This document shows, piece by piece, positions 1 through 10,779 of a stretch of DNA of 64,000 nucleotides. The translations under genes and the position numbers were made by a program. How positions within the stretch are numbered: the first letter of the stretch is position 1; every line of letters begins with the position of its first letter. The stretch lies in NCBI GenBank assembly GCA_965215015.1, contig OZ244042.1, positions 3,840,001-3,904,000 of the forward strand, in the 5' to 3' direction. A model generated the notes under the pieces. The model was not told the origin of the DNA. It saw only the letters and a program-made list of their open reading frames with translations, and made no database searches. Source of the DNA: Candidatus Poribacteria bacterium (GTDB lineage: Bacteria; Poribacteria; WGA-4E; PCPOR2b).

Positions 1-342
1 ACATCCCCAACCGATGATAAAGGCGACTCCGCCGATCGGCGTTATTGCGCCGAGCCAGCGGACACCGGTTAGCGATAGGATATAGAGGCTTCCCGAAAAA
101 ATAACGATGCCAGCCACAAATAACCAGCCGGATGCAGAGATTAGTTGACTGCTCCACTGCGATGCAGCCCAAGCCACAGCAATCAACCCCAGTGCATGAT
201 ACATTTGATAACGCACAGCGACCTCAAAGGTTGTGAACATATCCGGCGATAACCTCGTTTTCAGGGCATGGGCAGCAAAAGCACCCGTTATCACAGCAAT
301 CAGCGCAAAGCCAGAGCCGAGCGCGAAGAAAAGACGTTGCAT
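1..342 (-). CDS. DUF423 (YgdD/TMEM256) family membrane protein, runs off window start
   Basis: Not in ORF track; manual translation from ATG at 342 gives MQRLFFALGSGFALIAVITGAFAAHALK...YQMYHALG...FSGSLY...GAITPIGG, the family motifs. Confidence 0.9.
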   Translation of the reverse strand, partial: MQRLFFALGSGFALIAVITGAFAAHALKTRLSPDMFTTFEVAVRYQMYHALGLIAVAWAASQWSSQLISASGWLFVAGIVIFSGSLYILSLTGVRWLGAITPIGGVAFIIGWGC

Positions 343-445
343 ATCTTATCCTCCTGCAACTATGGATATATTATCGTAGGGGAGAAAAGTTGAAACCTGC
401 TCCCACACAACCAATGGTGCGAGTTTGTAGCTGTTGAGACCGAGA

Positions 446-553
446 GTGAAACGTGAAAATAATTTGTTCATTGGTTCATGAATGAACTTCTGAACCAATG
501 AGCTCTTGAACGATGGGGGAACGACAGTTTCACTAACTCGCACCAAAGGTTAC
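446..553. repeat. Dispersed ~100-bp intergenic repeat
   Basis: GTGAAACGTGAAAA.AATTTGTTCAT.GGTTCAT ... CACTAAC.CGCACCAAAGGTTA; also ~32246-32357 and partly ~38965-39022. Confidence 0.75.
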
Positions 554-617
554 ACGGATACTTACAAAAGAATGTGGTCAGATCCAGACAGCAGGGAGCC
601 AATTGTCTCAACGGTTT

Positions 618-1484
618 TCAAAACGGAGTATTTCCCCCTTCCTCCGAATCTTTAGACGGTGTCTCTGCCTCTGTGTATTCTGAATCAGTCCCCTTCTCAT
701 TTAGTGTGAGGGGCGATTCAGAATTTTCGGGGACTTCACTCGTTTTCACCGCAGCGTCCAGTTGATGGATGCGCCCTACCAACTCCTTGAAAAGCTCTGG
801 TATGGAGGCCCCGGCTTGTAATTCAGCAGAGAGTTGAGTCCATTGCAGCTCGGTCATATCGTTACGGGATTCAACGCCGTAGCGACGTTTGACATAGCTC
901 CAAAAATCGGATTTTGTGATGCTCTGTTCTTCGAGCTTGCTTTCCAGCTTGCTAGCCATTGCAAACGCGGCTTTCTGTGCATTGGAAATCTTACCGGTTG
1001 CAGCTGCACTCGGTAAGCTCATCTGAGCCCCTTCACCCCCCGCGTGTCGATGGAGGTAGAAGTTAAGTACCTCTTTGATGACTGCAACAGGGAGGAGCTG
1101 TTTGACAGCGTTGCGCTGGGCTTTGTGGACCGCTTTTGTGAACGCAAAGGAATCCTCGCGATTACCCATCCGTTTTGACTGCTCATACGCTCCGTACCGT
1201 GACGAGCCGGTTACTGTATCCGTCGCCTTGGCTATGACCAACCAGGACCGTTCACGCTCTTCGTACCGCACATCATCGACCTGAATCCCGCCTCGGCGGT
1301 TTGCGGCTTCGTTTATCCCCGCAAGCGTTAACCCTTCGACTGTCTTTCCACCCTGCTTAAACGAGTAGACGTAATCTTGAATGGCTTGTCCCGTCATCAT
1401 TTCAACAATCGCTTGGTCATCGACCTGATCTAAGACCTCGTAGTCCGCGACAGGAACAAGTTCATTTTTTGTATCTTCAGCCAT
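618..1484 (-). CDS. Putative single-strand annealing protein (Rad52/Sak/ERF-like N-terminal core) with acidic tail
   Basis: ORF 618..1523, likely start MAEDTK at 1484; beta-beta-beta-alpha-like core ending AFTKAVHKAQRNAVKQLLP resembles phage SSAP helices; family assignment is by eye. Confidence 0.5.
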   Translation of the reverse strand: MAEDTKNELVPVADYEVLDQVDDQAIVEMMTGQAIQDYVYSFKQGGKTVEGLTLAGINEAANRRGGIQVDDVRYEERERSWLVIAKATDTVTGSSRYGAYEQSKRMGNREDSFAFTKAVHKAQRNAVKQLLPVAVIKEVLNFYLHRHAGGEGAQMSLPSAAATGKISNAQKAAFAMASKLESKLEEQSITKSDFWSYVKRRYGVESRNDMTELQWTQLSAELQAGASIPELFKELVGRIHQLDAAVKTSEVPENSESPLTLNEKGTDSEYTEAETPSKDSEEGGNTPF

Positions 1485-2003
1485 TTTTGCCCTCCAGTAT
1501 TTCGGAATATGCGAACAAATCAAATACCTGCCCTCACTAGGATATTATAACCCAGGTTACTAGGACGTGTTGACATGTTGCTATCGCCAATTGGAAATCT
1601 GTAACTGTCAATAATTTGTAGGTTGGGCGTGCTCGCCTCACCTGTGGAGCGAGATTGATATCTCGAAAAATCCCCGGTGTGTCGCGCAACAATCCGGGCG
1701 AATTGAGCCCGGATTATCGTCCCATCGTGTCTGGTATGCTGTTGTGCAATGTGCTAGGTATCTTGTGCAGTGGATTTGTCAATCCACTACGAGCGGTAAT
1801 TGACTCAATTTAGTTTTCATTCTCCACGGTTTTTAACGTTTCCTAGTAAGTGGCAACTTGCGTTATTATAACAGGTTTTTCAACAAAAATCAATAGAAAT
1901 TTTCACATATGTTAAAATATTTCCCTACATGCCAAGGGGTTATTGTCGCCTACAATCGGATTGAAAATTTGCTAACTTCCGGCATGATTCGGAGTTTGTC
2001 AGT

Positions 2004-2564
2004 TCACCACCGCATCGCAGCCTCACGATAGAGCATAACCTGCTGCATACTGCGGCGAACTTCAAGCTGGATTGCCTTCCGTTGCCGGTTAGCATCTTTG
2101 ATGATGATTGGAGCCCGGAGGATATTGGTCATTGTTACCGCTCCTGATTCATAGAAAATCCACATCTGCTGCTCGGTGTAGGGATTAACGATGTACTCCT
2201 GTCCGGGCTCAAAGGGATCATACTTTGGGTATTCCAGCCCAATTGTTTTGTCGTAGCCATCTAACACCAACTCTGCGGGCGCGCCCTTTGGCGAATAGCC
2301 GCTGAGTTTACATTGCTGAATCCGGATTGGACTACCGGATTTGTTGATGAGCCGAAGGGAAACGATGATTGCCAAGCGGTGATTATCATCACGGTTAATA
2401 AACCATGTATCATCTGGGATGGCTTCAATCGTAAATCCGGGAATCTGACGTTTCTGATGATAGATCGCCGCAAACGCAATGAAGCCCCCGATGCCGATAA
2501 GTGTCCAGAGACCGGTCGGCGTCGATAGGAACTGGAGCAGTTGTTTGAATATTTGTTGTAGCAC
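2004..2564 (-). CDS. Hypothetical protein with N-terminal TM anchor
   Basis: 186 aa ORF, AGGAGG RBS, TM segment LWTLIGIGGFIAFAAIY; immediately downstream of pcm. Confidence 0.75.
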   Translation of the reverse strand: MLQQIFKQLLQFLSTPTGLWTLIGIGGFIAFAAIYHQKRQIPGFTIEAIPDDTWFINRDDNHRLAIIVSLRLINKSGSPIRIQQCKLSGYSPKGAPAELVLDGYDKTIGLEYPKYDPFEPGQEYIVNPYTEQQMWIFYESGAVTMTNILRAPIIIKDANRQRKAIQLEVRRSMQQVMLYREAAMRW

Positions 2565-2582
2565 CCTACCTCCTCTAGGCTT

Positions 2583-3329
2583 TCAATCTGGTGCCCCGGT
2601 CATCGGAACAAAGCGAACACCGCTAACGGTTTCACACTCAATACCGTGTTCGGTTCTGCGAATCCGAACCAAATCTTGATGATAGTCCCCAATCGGCAGT
2701 ATCATGAGTCCGTCCTCCTCCAACTGCTTAATGAGACGATTGGGTATCTCCTTTGGCGCGGCGGTCACAATTATTCGATCGTAGGGAGCGTATTCCTCCC
2801 AACCGTAGTAGCCATTGCCGTGTTTTTTATGGATATTTCGATAGCCGAACTCTTCAAACCGTTTGGACGCGCTTTCCGCGAGTTTGGGGATAATCTCAAC
2901 GGTATAGACCTGTTCAACCATTTCCGCTAAGACAACGGTTTGATACCCGCACCCTGTACCAATCTCTAACACTTTGGACGATGTTTTCAGTTCCAGTAGC
3001 TCGGTCATCAGCGCAACGATGTAAGGTTGAGAGATTGTTTGTCCACACTGAATTGGCATCGCATTGTCTTCGTAAGCCTCCCCTATATTATCTGAATCGA
3101 CGAATAGGTGCCGTGGCACTTGCCGCATGACTTCTAGCACCCTTCTGTCTTTAACCCCGCGTCTTTGGATCTGTTCCTCCACCATTTTCTCGCGCAGATC
3201 GGTATAGGGGTCACCCATTGGCTTTGGTCCGTTCTGCGAATTTTGACGGCGGAAACGCATTGTGAATTCTCGAATCTTGTTAGAATAACGCAAGTTGCCC
3301 CCTATCGCAAATACCCGGAAACTTGCCAA
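2583..3329 (-). CDS. pcm: Protein-L-isoaspartate(D-aspartate) O-methyltransferase
   Basis: VPRHLFV, GQTISQPYIVA, VLEIGTGCGYQ, APYDRIIVTAA, VRFVPM motifs; true start probably downstream (3260 or 3218). Confidence 0.95.
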   Translation of the reverse strand: MASFRVFAIGGNLRYSNKIREFTMRFRRQNSQNGPKPMGDPYTDLREKMVEEQIQRRGVKDRRVLEVMRQVPRHLFVDSDNIGEAYEDNAMPIQCGQTISQPYIVALMTELLELKTSSKVLEIGTGCGYQTVVLAEMVEQVYTVEIIPKLAESASKRFEEFGYRNIHKKHGNGYYGWEEYAPYDRIIVTAAPKEIPNRLIKQLEEDGLMILPIGDYHQDLVRIRRTEHGIECETVSGVRFVPMTGAPD

Positions 3330-3568
3330 ATCCTTCTAGGCTCAATGAGCCAAAAGTTGATCGCCCCCCCCCACCGGATATTTGGGGCTTTCGGATATTT
3401 GGGTTAGATATGCTCTGCTATACATACTGTGCCCCTCTGGCGCGCGGGGAATTGCGAAAGGGAGCGCACTTCAAACTTTAACAGAAAATCAATGGATTTT
3501 CAATAGCTAGGTTCCGTTGACATTTGACAAATTGAACTCATCTCCGCTCCGAGACTCTTCGCCCCTCT

Positions 3569-4357
3569 CTAATCCCGAATATCCACACGGTCCTTTTCGC
3601 CCTGCTTGCGGGAGGTTCCCTGCTGTGCCCCTCCCTCCGCTGGCGGGGGAACCGAGGGGGGGACTTGGGGTCTTAGGGGGTTAGATTCAATTTTATGGAT
3701 ACCAGACTCATTTCCGGTTGGGCATTGGGGGCGCAGCACGCATTTCTCGCATTGGGGTGTTTTCTGGCATATCCGTGCGCCGTGAATCACAATCAAAGCG
3801 TGATATTGATTGAACAATCGGCAATCGTGAGGGAGATTTCTCATGAAGATCCCTTGGAGCCTACGGTAATGGAATTTGCCGCTGAACCACCCCAGCCGCT
3901 CCAATAAACGGTAGGTGTAGGTATCAACGACGAAGATCGGTTTTTTGGCGGCGTAGAGCAGAATTGAGTCGGCTGTCTCCTCACCGATTCCATAAATCGA
4001 AAGCAGCTCTTTCCTAAGTGTCGGCAGCTCCTGTGCAAATAGGGAACCCAACCGATTGTTGTGGTGTTCTTGTAGATGGGTCAGGAATGCCCGGACCTTC
4101 TTCGCTTTGGCGCGATAGTACCCTGATGGCAGGATGAGGGGCTCCAACTCCTCTTGGGATAGTTTGCCCAATCGATCTGGAATCATGAGGTCAGCGGTTT
4201 TCAGGTTATCAATTGCTTTGACAGCGTTTCTCCAAGCGGTCGCTTGACCGAGGATTGCGCCGATAACCACCTCAAATGGTGTTTCGGCGGGCCACCAGTT
4301 TAATTCGCCGTACTCGGTATAGAGGTCATCATACAGTTTTAGGAGTTTCTTATGCAT
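3569..4357 (-). CDS. Endonuclease III-related HhH-GPD DNA glycosylase with [4Fe-4S] motif
   Basis: WWPAETPFEV, LLSIYGIGEETADSILLY (HhH), VVDTY, C-x6-C-x2-C-x5-C; last ~45 aa look like read-through into a repeat. Confidence 0.9.
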   Translation of the reverse strand: MHKKLLKLYDDLYTEYGELNWWPAETPFEVVIGAILGQATAWRNAVKAIDNLKTADLMIPDRLGKLSQEELEPLILPSGYYRAKAKKVRAFLTHLQEHHNNRLGSLFAQELPTLRKELLSIYGIGEETADSILLYAAKKPIFVVDTYTYRLLERLGWFSGKFHYRRLQGIFMRNLPHDCRLFNQYHALIVIHGARICQKTPQCEKCVLRPQCPTGNESGIHKIESNPLRPQVPPSVPPPAEGGAQQGTSRKQGEKDRVDIRD

Positions 4358-4676
4358 TATATCTTACAATGTAGTTAAGTCAATGTAGTTAAGTTTCTTG
4401 GCGTCCGAGTAGATACGATTCTTTCAAGTATTGTGAATCTATTTTGCGTTCGTGTGGAGGGTAGATTGCGATTTGAATCCCTAATTTAACGCAAAGTCGC
4501 ACCCCCTGCCCCCTTCAGTTCCGCGCTTGGGCCTCCTCCCTCTGCTAGATAGCCCCCCATCTATCCCCCCGCAAGCAGGGGGAGACAGGTTCATTGAGTC
4601 TATTCCCTCGCTTGCGGGGGTTAGGGGAGCTTGAGGGGTACGAAGAGGGACTTATCTTCATGCTTTGCACTTTCTT

Positions 4677-5306
4677 TTAAGATGAGTCTCCAGATTTTGC
4701 TTCTTCCTCAAAAAGCAGCTCCCGCTGTATCCACGAGATTACATCTTCAAGACCTTCCGATTTTCGTAAGTCCGTGAACACGGCAGGCTTTTCGCCGCGC
4801 ATCTGTTTAGTATCTCGTGCCATGACAGCGAGATCGGCACCGACATATTCCGCCAAATCTATCTTGTTGATAATTAGCAGATCCGAGCGCGTAATTCCGG
4901 GCCCCCCTTTTCGGGGAATCTTATCTCCACCGGCAACATCAATCACATAAATCGCGGCATCAACCAATTCAGGACTGAAGAAGGCGGCGAGGTTATCCCC
5001 GCCACTTTCAAGGAATAGAATATCCAGATTGGGGAATTCTGCTGTCAGCTGTTCAACCGCTTCAAGATTGGCAGAAACATCCTCGCGGATGGCGGTATGT
5101 GGGCAGCCGCCGGTCTCGACACCGAGAATTCGCTCTTGAGGTAATGCCTCAAGGCGCGTGAGTATTTCGGCGTCTTCCCGTGTGTAGATGTCATTCGTAA
5201 TCGCAGCCAATTCGTAGGTGGCCCGCATCCTTTTGCACAACTTTTCAATCAGCGCGGTCTTGCCCGATCCGACGGGGCCGCCAATTCCGATTTTTAACGG
5301 TTTCAT
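4677..5306 (-). CDS. ureG: Urease accessory GTPase UreG
   Basis: [30 protein letters not shown]. Confidence 0.97.
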   Translation of the reverse strand: MKPLKIGIGGPVGSGKTALIEKLCKRMRATYELAAITNDIYTREDAEILTRLEALPQERILGVETGGCPHTAIREDVSANLEAVEQLTAEFPNLDILFLESGGDNLAAFFSPELVDAAIYVIDVAGGDKIPRKGGPGITRSDLLIINKIDLAEYVGADLAVMARDTKQMRGEKPAVFTDLRKSEGLEDVISWIQRELLFEEEAKSGDSS

Positions 5307-5397
5307 GGGGATCTGTCCTCCCAAGTTTAGGATTCAGTTTTCCGAAAAAGGGCAGCCCTTGTGGCTGCCGTGAAACCTTCCCATACGATTGCCTGAG

Positions 5398-6102
5398 TCA
5401 GGAGATGAATAGCCTTGAATATAGCCTTTCGTGCTGCATACCGCGAATCTCAAGCCCCGGTGTAAACCCACCTAAATCGTCCATACCTGCACCTTCGGCA
5501 AATCGAGCAATGTCGATGAGATCGGAACGAATGCTTTGGATTATCCCTTGTCCGTCCGTAGGCTTCAGTGGAATCAGTCGTACCGCAGCCGAAACCTGCC
5601 CAACGATGTGGGTGTGCAGATAACCGAGCACCGCTGAGAACAGGTCAATTTTTGCCGCAGACGCGACCAAGCCGTAAGCGATTGCGTGGTGTCCGGCGCA
5701 TCTGCCAGATTGAACCTCTTGGGCATATTCGTCCAGTCTCTTATTTCGCTCCAGTATCGCGGCGTTGCGGAGAAATTGCTTGCCGATTTTGATACTCCCC
5801 TCCCGTAATTCCCGCGCGATTTTCATCGCAGTGAGTCGTGCGTCCAGGTCAATAATCTGTTCAACATCGGTTGCCTTATAGGTCAATCCGACAGTAACCG
5901 CATCACCATTTCGGAAGCCGTGATGGAGAGTTGACCGAAGAAACATCTCAAACGTCTCAGGGTCGTTGACAAGCTCAAGCTGCACGTAGGTCTCCAAACC
6001 GAAGGAGTGAGCAAACGCCCCTGTGGGAAAGAGACTATCGGTGAGCTGCAGAAGCGTCAATAGGGATTTACCCGCTGGAGCGGTATCAGTGGACATGGGC
6101 AT
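5398..6102 (-). CDS. ureF: Urease accessory protein UreF
   Basis: LLQLTDSLFPTGAFAHSFGLE...AAVRLIPL...HERLYSRLFIS; MPMSTD start overlaps ureE end. Confidence 0.95.
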   Translation of the reverse strand: MPMSTDTAPAGKSLLTLLQLTDSLFPTGAFAHSFGLETYVQLELVNDPETFEMFLRSTLHHGFRNGDAVTVGLTYKATDVEQIIDLDARLTAMKIARELREGSIKIGKQFLRNAAILERNKRLDEYAQEVQSGRCAGHHAIAYGLVASAAKIDLFSAVLGYLHTHIVGQVSAAVRLIPLKPTDGQGIIQSIRSDLIDIARFAEGAGMDDLGGFTPGLEIRGMQHERLYSRLFIS

Positions 6103-6535
6103 GTAGCTGTGATTGCTGGAGGACGCCTGTGAATACGCGTTCTTCAATGGTGTAGGCGAATCCGAGTCGGGTTAATTGTTTTTCGAGAACAGGTTCATAA
6201 GGGACAAGAATCGCACCATCATCAAATCCGATGGGACGATGCAGGTTTCCAATCTGGTAGCAGGCGAGGCCAAAAGCCTCACGTTTCTCAGGACGTAGGG
6301 CAAACACCTTCTCCGGTTGTCCCTCGACGACGATTTCAACGTCCGCGTCCCGATACAAAATATCGCCGGGCGACAGGCGTGTGCCGGTCGGTAGTGCGAG
6401 TCCAATTTCTCGTCCGGCTTCCGTTCTGAGTCGCTGCCGGCATTTTTGGCGAGCTTCCCAATCGAGATGTACGGCGTCTTGCTCTCGTGAATGGGGTTTG
6501 ACATCTTCTGTGACAATGTCTTGGATGATAAGCAT
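6086..6535 (-). CDS. ureE: Urease accessory Ni chaperone UreE
   Basis: RQKCRQR, LSPGDIL, YQIGNLH motifs; short His tail HAHVH. Confidence 0.9.
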   Translation of the reverse strand: MLIIQDIVTEDVKPHSREQDAVHLDWEARQKCRQRLRTEAGREIGLALPTGTRLSPGDILYRDADVEIVVEGQPEKVFALRPEKREAFGLACYQIGNLHRPIGFDDGAILVPYEPVLEKQLTRLGFAYTIEERVFTGVLQQSQLHAHVH

Positions 6536-6560
6536 TTTATAGCATTTTATAGCATTTTAT
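6531..6560. repeat. 10-bp tandem repeat x3 (AGCATTTTAT) overlapping the ureE start codon
   Basis: Directly visible in sequence. Confidence 0.9.
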
Positions 6561-6835
6561 ATAATTAAGGGGTGCTCATAATTATTGTCTGAATCACGGA
6601 TTAAACTGATGATGCGGATTGCACGGATTCTTGCCTCGAAAATATCCTATATGTTGCACGACACACCGGGCTCATTAAGCCTGCTGTAACCGTGGCGCGA
6701 TGGTGTTAGTATCTTCGGGATTCAAAGCTGTCTGAATCAGGATTTTCAGTATTTAAGGATTCACAGGATGATATAACTCCACTTGAGACGTATCAAACTC
6801 TGAGCAAAGTGGATAGTTATCGTCTGGATTACCGA

Positions 6836-7009
6836 TTAAACCAATGACATCGGTGACCCAAAATCAGCACCATCCAATTCTGCCATGATTTTTGGCATTG
6901 ACTCATCTTTGAAGCATAAAATATCGGCGATATTGATAGCTAGGAATCCTCCCGGCTTTATGATTGGGAAATGTCGCTTGATAACCACTCGCAGTAAAGC
7001 TTTCTGTTT
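6836..7009 (-). pseudogene. Fragment of an N4/N6 DNA methyltransferase
   Basis: Manual translation KQKALLRVVIKRHFPIIKPGGFLAINIADILCFKDESMPKIMAE matches the 'lKpgG.l.inia' segment of beta-class MTases; no start or other motifs. Confidence 0.6.
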
Positions 7010-7250
7010 TCTACGTTGTCTAACAGATTATAGGGAAAAGTTCTGGCATAACTCGCAATTAGACGGTATTTTTCTCTTTGATAATTACAACAGAGGTTGC
7101 TAGGTCGCTTATATCCTGTTGCCCAAACACCCTAATTCAGAAACCTACTGAATAATTATAGTATCACAGCGAGGCTCAGTCAAGTCTATACTTCCACATT
7201 TTCCGAGAGATTATGCAGCAACCCAATAGGGCCGCTGGAGCTACGTTGAT

Positions 7251-7612
7251 TCATTGGTTCCGTTGGTTGATTGAACTGATAACCCCCGCACAGGTGAGGC
7301 GCGTACGCCCAACCCATAAATGATTGACAGTTACAGACGCAGGCTCATCGATGTAAACTTTGTGCTTCATCTCGGCTCTGAGCGTCGCTCGTGTCCAAAA
7401 CTTGATACCGTTGCCGCTTGGTGAGACTTCACCATAACTCACGGCTTTCAGTTTCTCGACAATCGTTTCAGCCCAGGCCTTCACCTTACCATCGTCAATG
7501 CAGTTGTCGAGGTCAATGCCGCAATAGGGATCGCTACTGGAAAACACAAAGCCGATACCACTGAAGCGGTCGCGGTAGCTTATCACGGTCTGATAATCTG
7601 TCCAACATGATG
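7251..7612 (-). pseudogene. Fragment of phage/plasmid primase-polymerase (Prim-Pol)
   Basis: GIGFVF...YCGIDLDNC...YGEVSPSGNGIKFW motifs; truncated at both ends. Confidence 0.75.
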
Positions 7613-7735
7613 TTTACTACAGATATTATTCTAACTGTCTGAATCAGGATTCTCAGGATTTGAAGATTTTCAGGAGTCTGATAGGGCTTGCCCTAACAGG
7701 CGGAGAAGGATCTTCAAATCCCAAAGGAGACCATC

Positions 7736-8724
7736 ATGAATCCATTAGCAGTCAAGCGTAACACTATCGTTAATCTTGACACACTGGACGAAAAGGGGCG
7801 CATCCGTATCGCTGTGGCGTGGGATCCACTCTCGGAAAACACCAAGATGGCTTACCAGAAGGCGTATAAACGGCTTGATAGCCGTGGCGTGGTTGTTGAA
7901 GATCTAACGGATGAATCGCTCGCCTTGTGTATCTCGCAACTGGACGCTGATGGTCTATCGCCTGCCACGCTCTCACTCACTGTCGCTGCGGTCCAGTGGT
8001 ATTTCAAGCATATCAACTCTCGGGCGGCACGGTGTTCAAATGAACCCCTCGGCTGCTGCCACGAGATGCGCTCCCCTGCTAGATGGACAACCACTGATAA
8101 GCGGCTGCTCACCATCAAGCGTGATACTGAGAACAGGGGCAACGGTAAGTCGACGGTCTTTCGTGGGCGGATGTCGATTTCGTGTGCAGGTTCGCTGAAT
8201 CTGAACAAAGCATCAAGGGCTATCGGGATTCTGCGTTGATACGGCTCATGAGTGATTGCCTGTTGCGAATCTCTGAAGCGGTGGCGGTCAACCTTGAGGA
8301 TATCCAAGAAAACGCCTTAATCGTCCAGTCGAGTAAGACGGATCAACAAGGCGAGGGGGTGGCGTTGTATATCGGGGATCGGACAATGCAGATGATACGG
8401 CACTACTGCACCGAAGCAAACATAACCACAGGGGCGTTGTTCAGGCGTATCGTGCGGGGTGATCATATCCAACCCACGAGGCTATCAGTCAACGGGGCTC
8501 GCTACGCTATCAAAGAATGGGCTTCCGTCGTTGGCATTGATGGCTTTATCTCTGGGCATTCCCTTCGTGTGGGGGCTGCGGTGTCTTTATCTCAAGCGGG
8601 GGCATCTGTTGTCGAGATGCAACAAGCGGGCAGGTGGAAATCTCCACAGATGCCAGCGCATTATGCACGCGTCAAAGAAGCGGGAAAAGGGGCTGTGGCT
8701 CGGTATCGGTATAAAAAGGGGTAG
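7736..8724 (+). pseudogene. Frameshifted Cre-like tyrosine recombinase
   Basis: ORFs 7736..8239 and 8182..8724 join after restoring one base near 8146 (RGNG-QVDGLSWADVDFVCRF); catalytic LLRISE, SKTDQ, HSLR, GRW, Y all present. Confidence 0.85.
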
Positions 8725-8799
8725 AAGATGGGTATATTCACCAAAAGAATCGCACCAGGGGCGAATATGGACATCATTTGGCGTTTTTTCAAAAAAGAG

Positions 8800-8828
8800 T
8801 TGACAAAGTTTTGCAGCTATGAGACAAT
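8800..8828 (+). promoter_or_regulatory. Sigma70-like promoter
   Basis: TTGACA (8800-8805), 17-bp spacer, TG-n-GACAAT (8823-8828). Confidence 0.6.
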
Positions 8829-8978
8829 GATAATTGTGGGAGCCCCAAGTGCTCTTCTCGGAGCTCCCGAAACGAAACGAGACTCGACCTCGAATCGCTT
8901 CTTGATTGCTATCCCGATGGGTCGGGATGACAATCGCCAATAGTATAACCCTTTTAGCCATCTGTTTCTACCTAAAAC

Positions 8979-9030
8979 AAAAGGGCTGCGCGATTCGGAA
9001 ATTTTCCTATACGCAGCCCTTTTTCTGTTT
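8979..9030 (+). terminator. Intrinsic terminator-like hairpin upstream of CDS 9066
   Basis: AAAAGGGCTGCG / CGCAGCCCTTTT inverted repeat followed by T-rich tract. Confidence 0.65.
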
Positions 9031-9065
9031 TTAGAGAGAAACATGGCAATAAGGAGATTTTAACT

Positions 9066-9545
9066 ATGTTTGCGAGACAAGGTTTCATGTTAATGATTTT
9101 CATCCCAACAATTGTGATGATGCTCGGTATCCAATCTCATCAGTTAAATGCTGATACGGACTCGGCAAATGGGGTAAGGGTGTCAACCTATGCGAATGGA
9201 TGGTACACCGCTAGCACAGTCTACAGTGGGCAATATGTGTGGACAGCATGGAGTGATTTTACAGCAAGTATGAGTGCGTCAGGACGGGAAATAGGTGACA
9301 CAGCAGATGGGTGGTATAAGCAAAAAGCTTACCTTCCCCTCTACGGCGCAACGAATCCGCCGGATGTAGATGAAGAATTTGAATTAAAAATCACAGGGTG
9401 GTGGATTTTCAAATTTGGTGATAGTGAAATAAATCATCATTATTCTGCTGGTCAGTCATCTTCCTGAAGCGTCCCGGTGGGTGCGAAGGCGGAATGCTCT
9501 GGCAGTTGTGATGGTGTAACGCCAAAGGCAGACGTTTGGCCGTAG
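9066..9545 (+). pseudogene. Secreted hypothetical protein, probably interrupted by an in-frame TGA at 9465-9467
   Basis: AAGGAG RBS, signal peptide; frame stays open 25 codons past TGA (SVPVGAKAECSGSCDGVTPKADVWP) to TAG at 9545. Confidence 0.5.
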
Positions 9546-9601
9546 GCACAACTGAAATGGTTCTGTAAAGGATAAACGGGACAGTCCCATAAGCAGCACT
9601 T

Positions 9602-10779
9602 ATGGGACTTTTTATTCAGGAGAATTCTATGAGACTGAAGACCAAGCTCCTCATCGGTTCAACCCTGTTTTTCGGCGTTGGAAGCCTTCTCCTTTTGCGT
9701 ATTCATGTGAAAGGTTCGATAGAGCAGTTGGCGGAAACGGCGTTGGATCAATCTTCCACGATGAGGGATACAATACCTAAAAAGCGGTTAAATCCTGAGT
9801 TTGAGAATTTCCTCAGCTGGTATCAACCGATGGTGAAGGATGCGAGTCCAGAAGTCCGTGCCGTGATGAAAAAGTTTGATCCGAAATATCGAAAAGGGGG
9901 AAGCCATGGAAACGAGGAGATAGAGCGGCATTTGCCTACAGATGAGTGGATACAAAGGCTCTTGGATATGGGGGTAAAATTTGAGGATTATTCCGATTAT
10001 TCGGCTTATCTCGGTGCGAGATGGAGAATCTTCCACGCACAAAACGACATAGAAGCACTCGATGATTTGAAACAACGACATAGCTTGGCATCTGAAGCGT
10101 CTTGGGATGACGTCATCACGGCACACATCAAGGGCCGTGTTCAACTGCATACGCTGACAGAGCAAGCAATAGAGGGCGATATGGTGGGAGCTTGTCAAAA
10201 GAGGGTGTCTTTATTCCTAAACGAGTTAAGACCGTTTATGTTCAGCCCGGTACTCTACGTGCTGGTCGTGGTGTACCGAAATGGGTTGTCTACGAGCTCA
10301 GAGATAGAGAGAGAGGCTTACCACCGTCAAGAGAGATTCCGAAAGATATTGACATCATCTACCTCGATGAAAAGGGGCAAGCGATAAAGGATAGGGTGCC
10401 ACCCAGTAGTGGTGCTGAAATTGAAGGTTTCTCAAGCCGTGAATCAGACACGACTGGGGACTCAGCAAGCGAGCAAGTCCCGTTAGACGATGATTTTGAT
10501 AACTCGTTTCCTGATGACTTACCACCTTTCGATACAGAACTTCCTCAATTTGAAAAGCCTAATTTCCCCCCCAGCGTGGCAGACCTGGAGAAGCAGTTGG
10601 CACCAGAAAGGATTGAATTGGAACTGGGCGAAGGGTTATCGCCGGAGCGTTTTCGTAAGGGGCAACAGTTGATAGACCTGTATGGCACGGAGGAGGGGCT
10701 GCGTCGGTTGCGTGAGTCTGACCCTGAGGCTGCTCGTCGATTTGAGCAGGAGCGTCGGGGGGCACCTTCCCGCCCGTGA
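9602..10779 (+). pseudogene. Frameshifted hypothetical membrane-anchored protein with acidic C-terminus
   Basis: ORFs 9602..10387 and 10192..10779 overlap; protein-like sequence switches frame near 10180; ends ...YGTEEGLRRLRESDPEAARRFE. Confidence 0.65.

Noticed and set aside
4367-4394. 14-bp tandem duplication CAATGTAGTTAAGT upstream of the glycosylase
   Set aside because: Only two copies; it could be a slippage or excision footprint with no evidence of function
9465-9545. Selenocysteine read-through at the TGA
   Set aside because: No redox motif around the codon and no convincing SECIS hairpin; neighbouring genes are also broken, so a nonsense mutation is simpler
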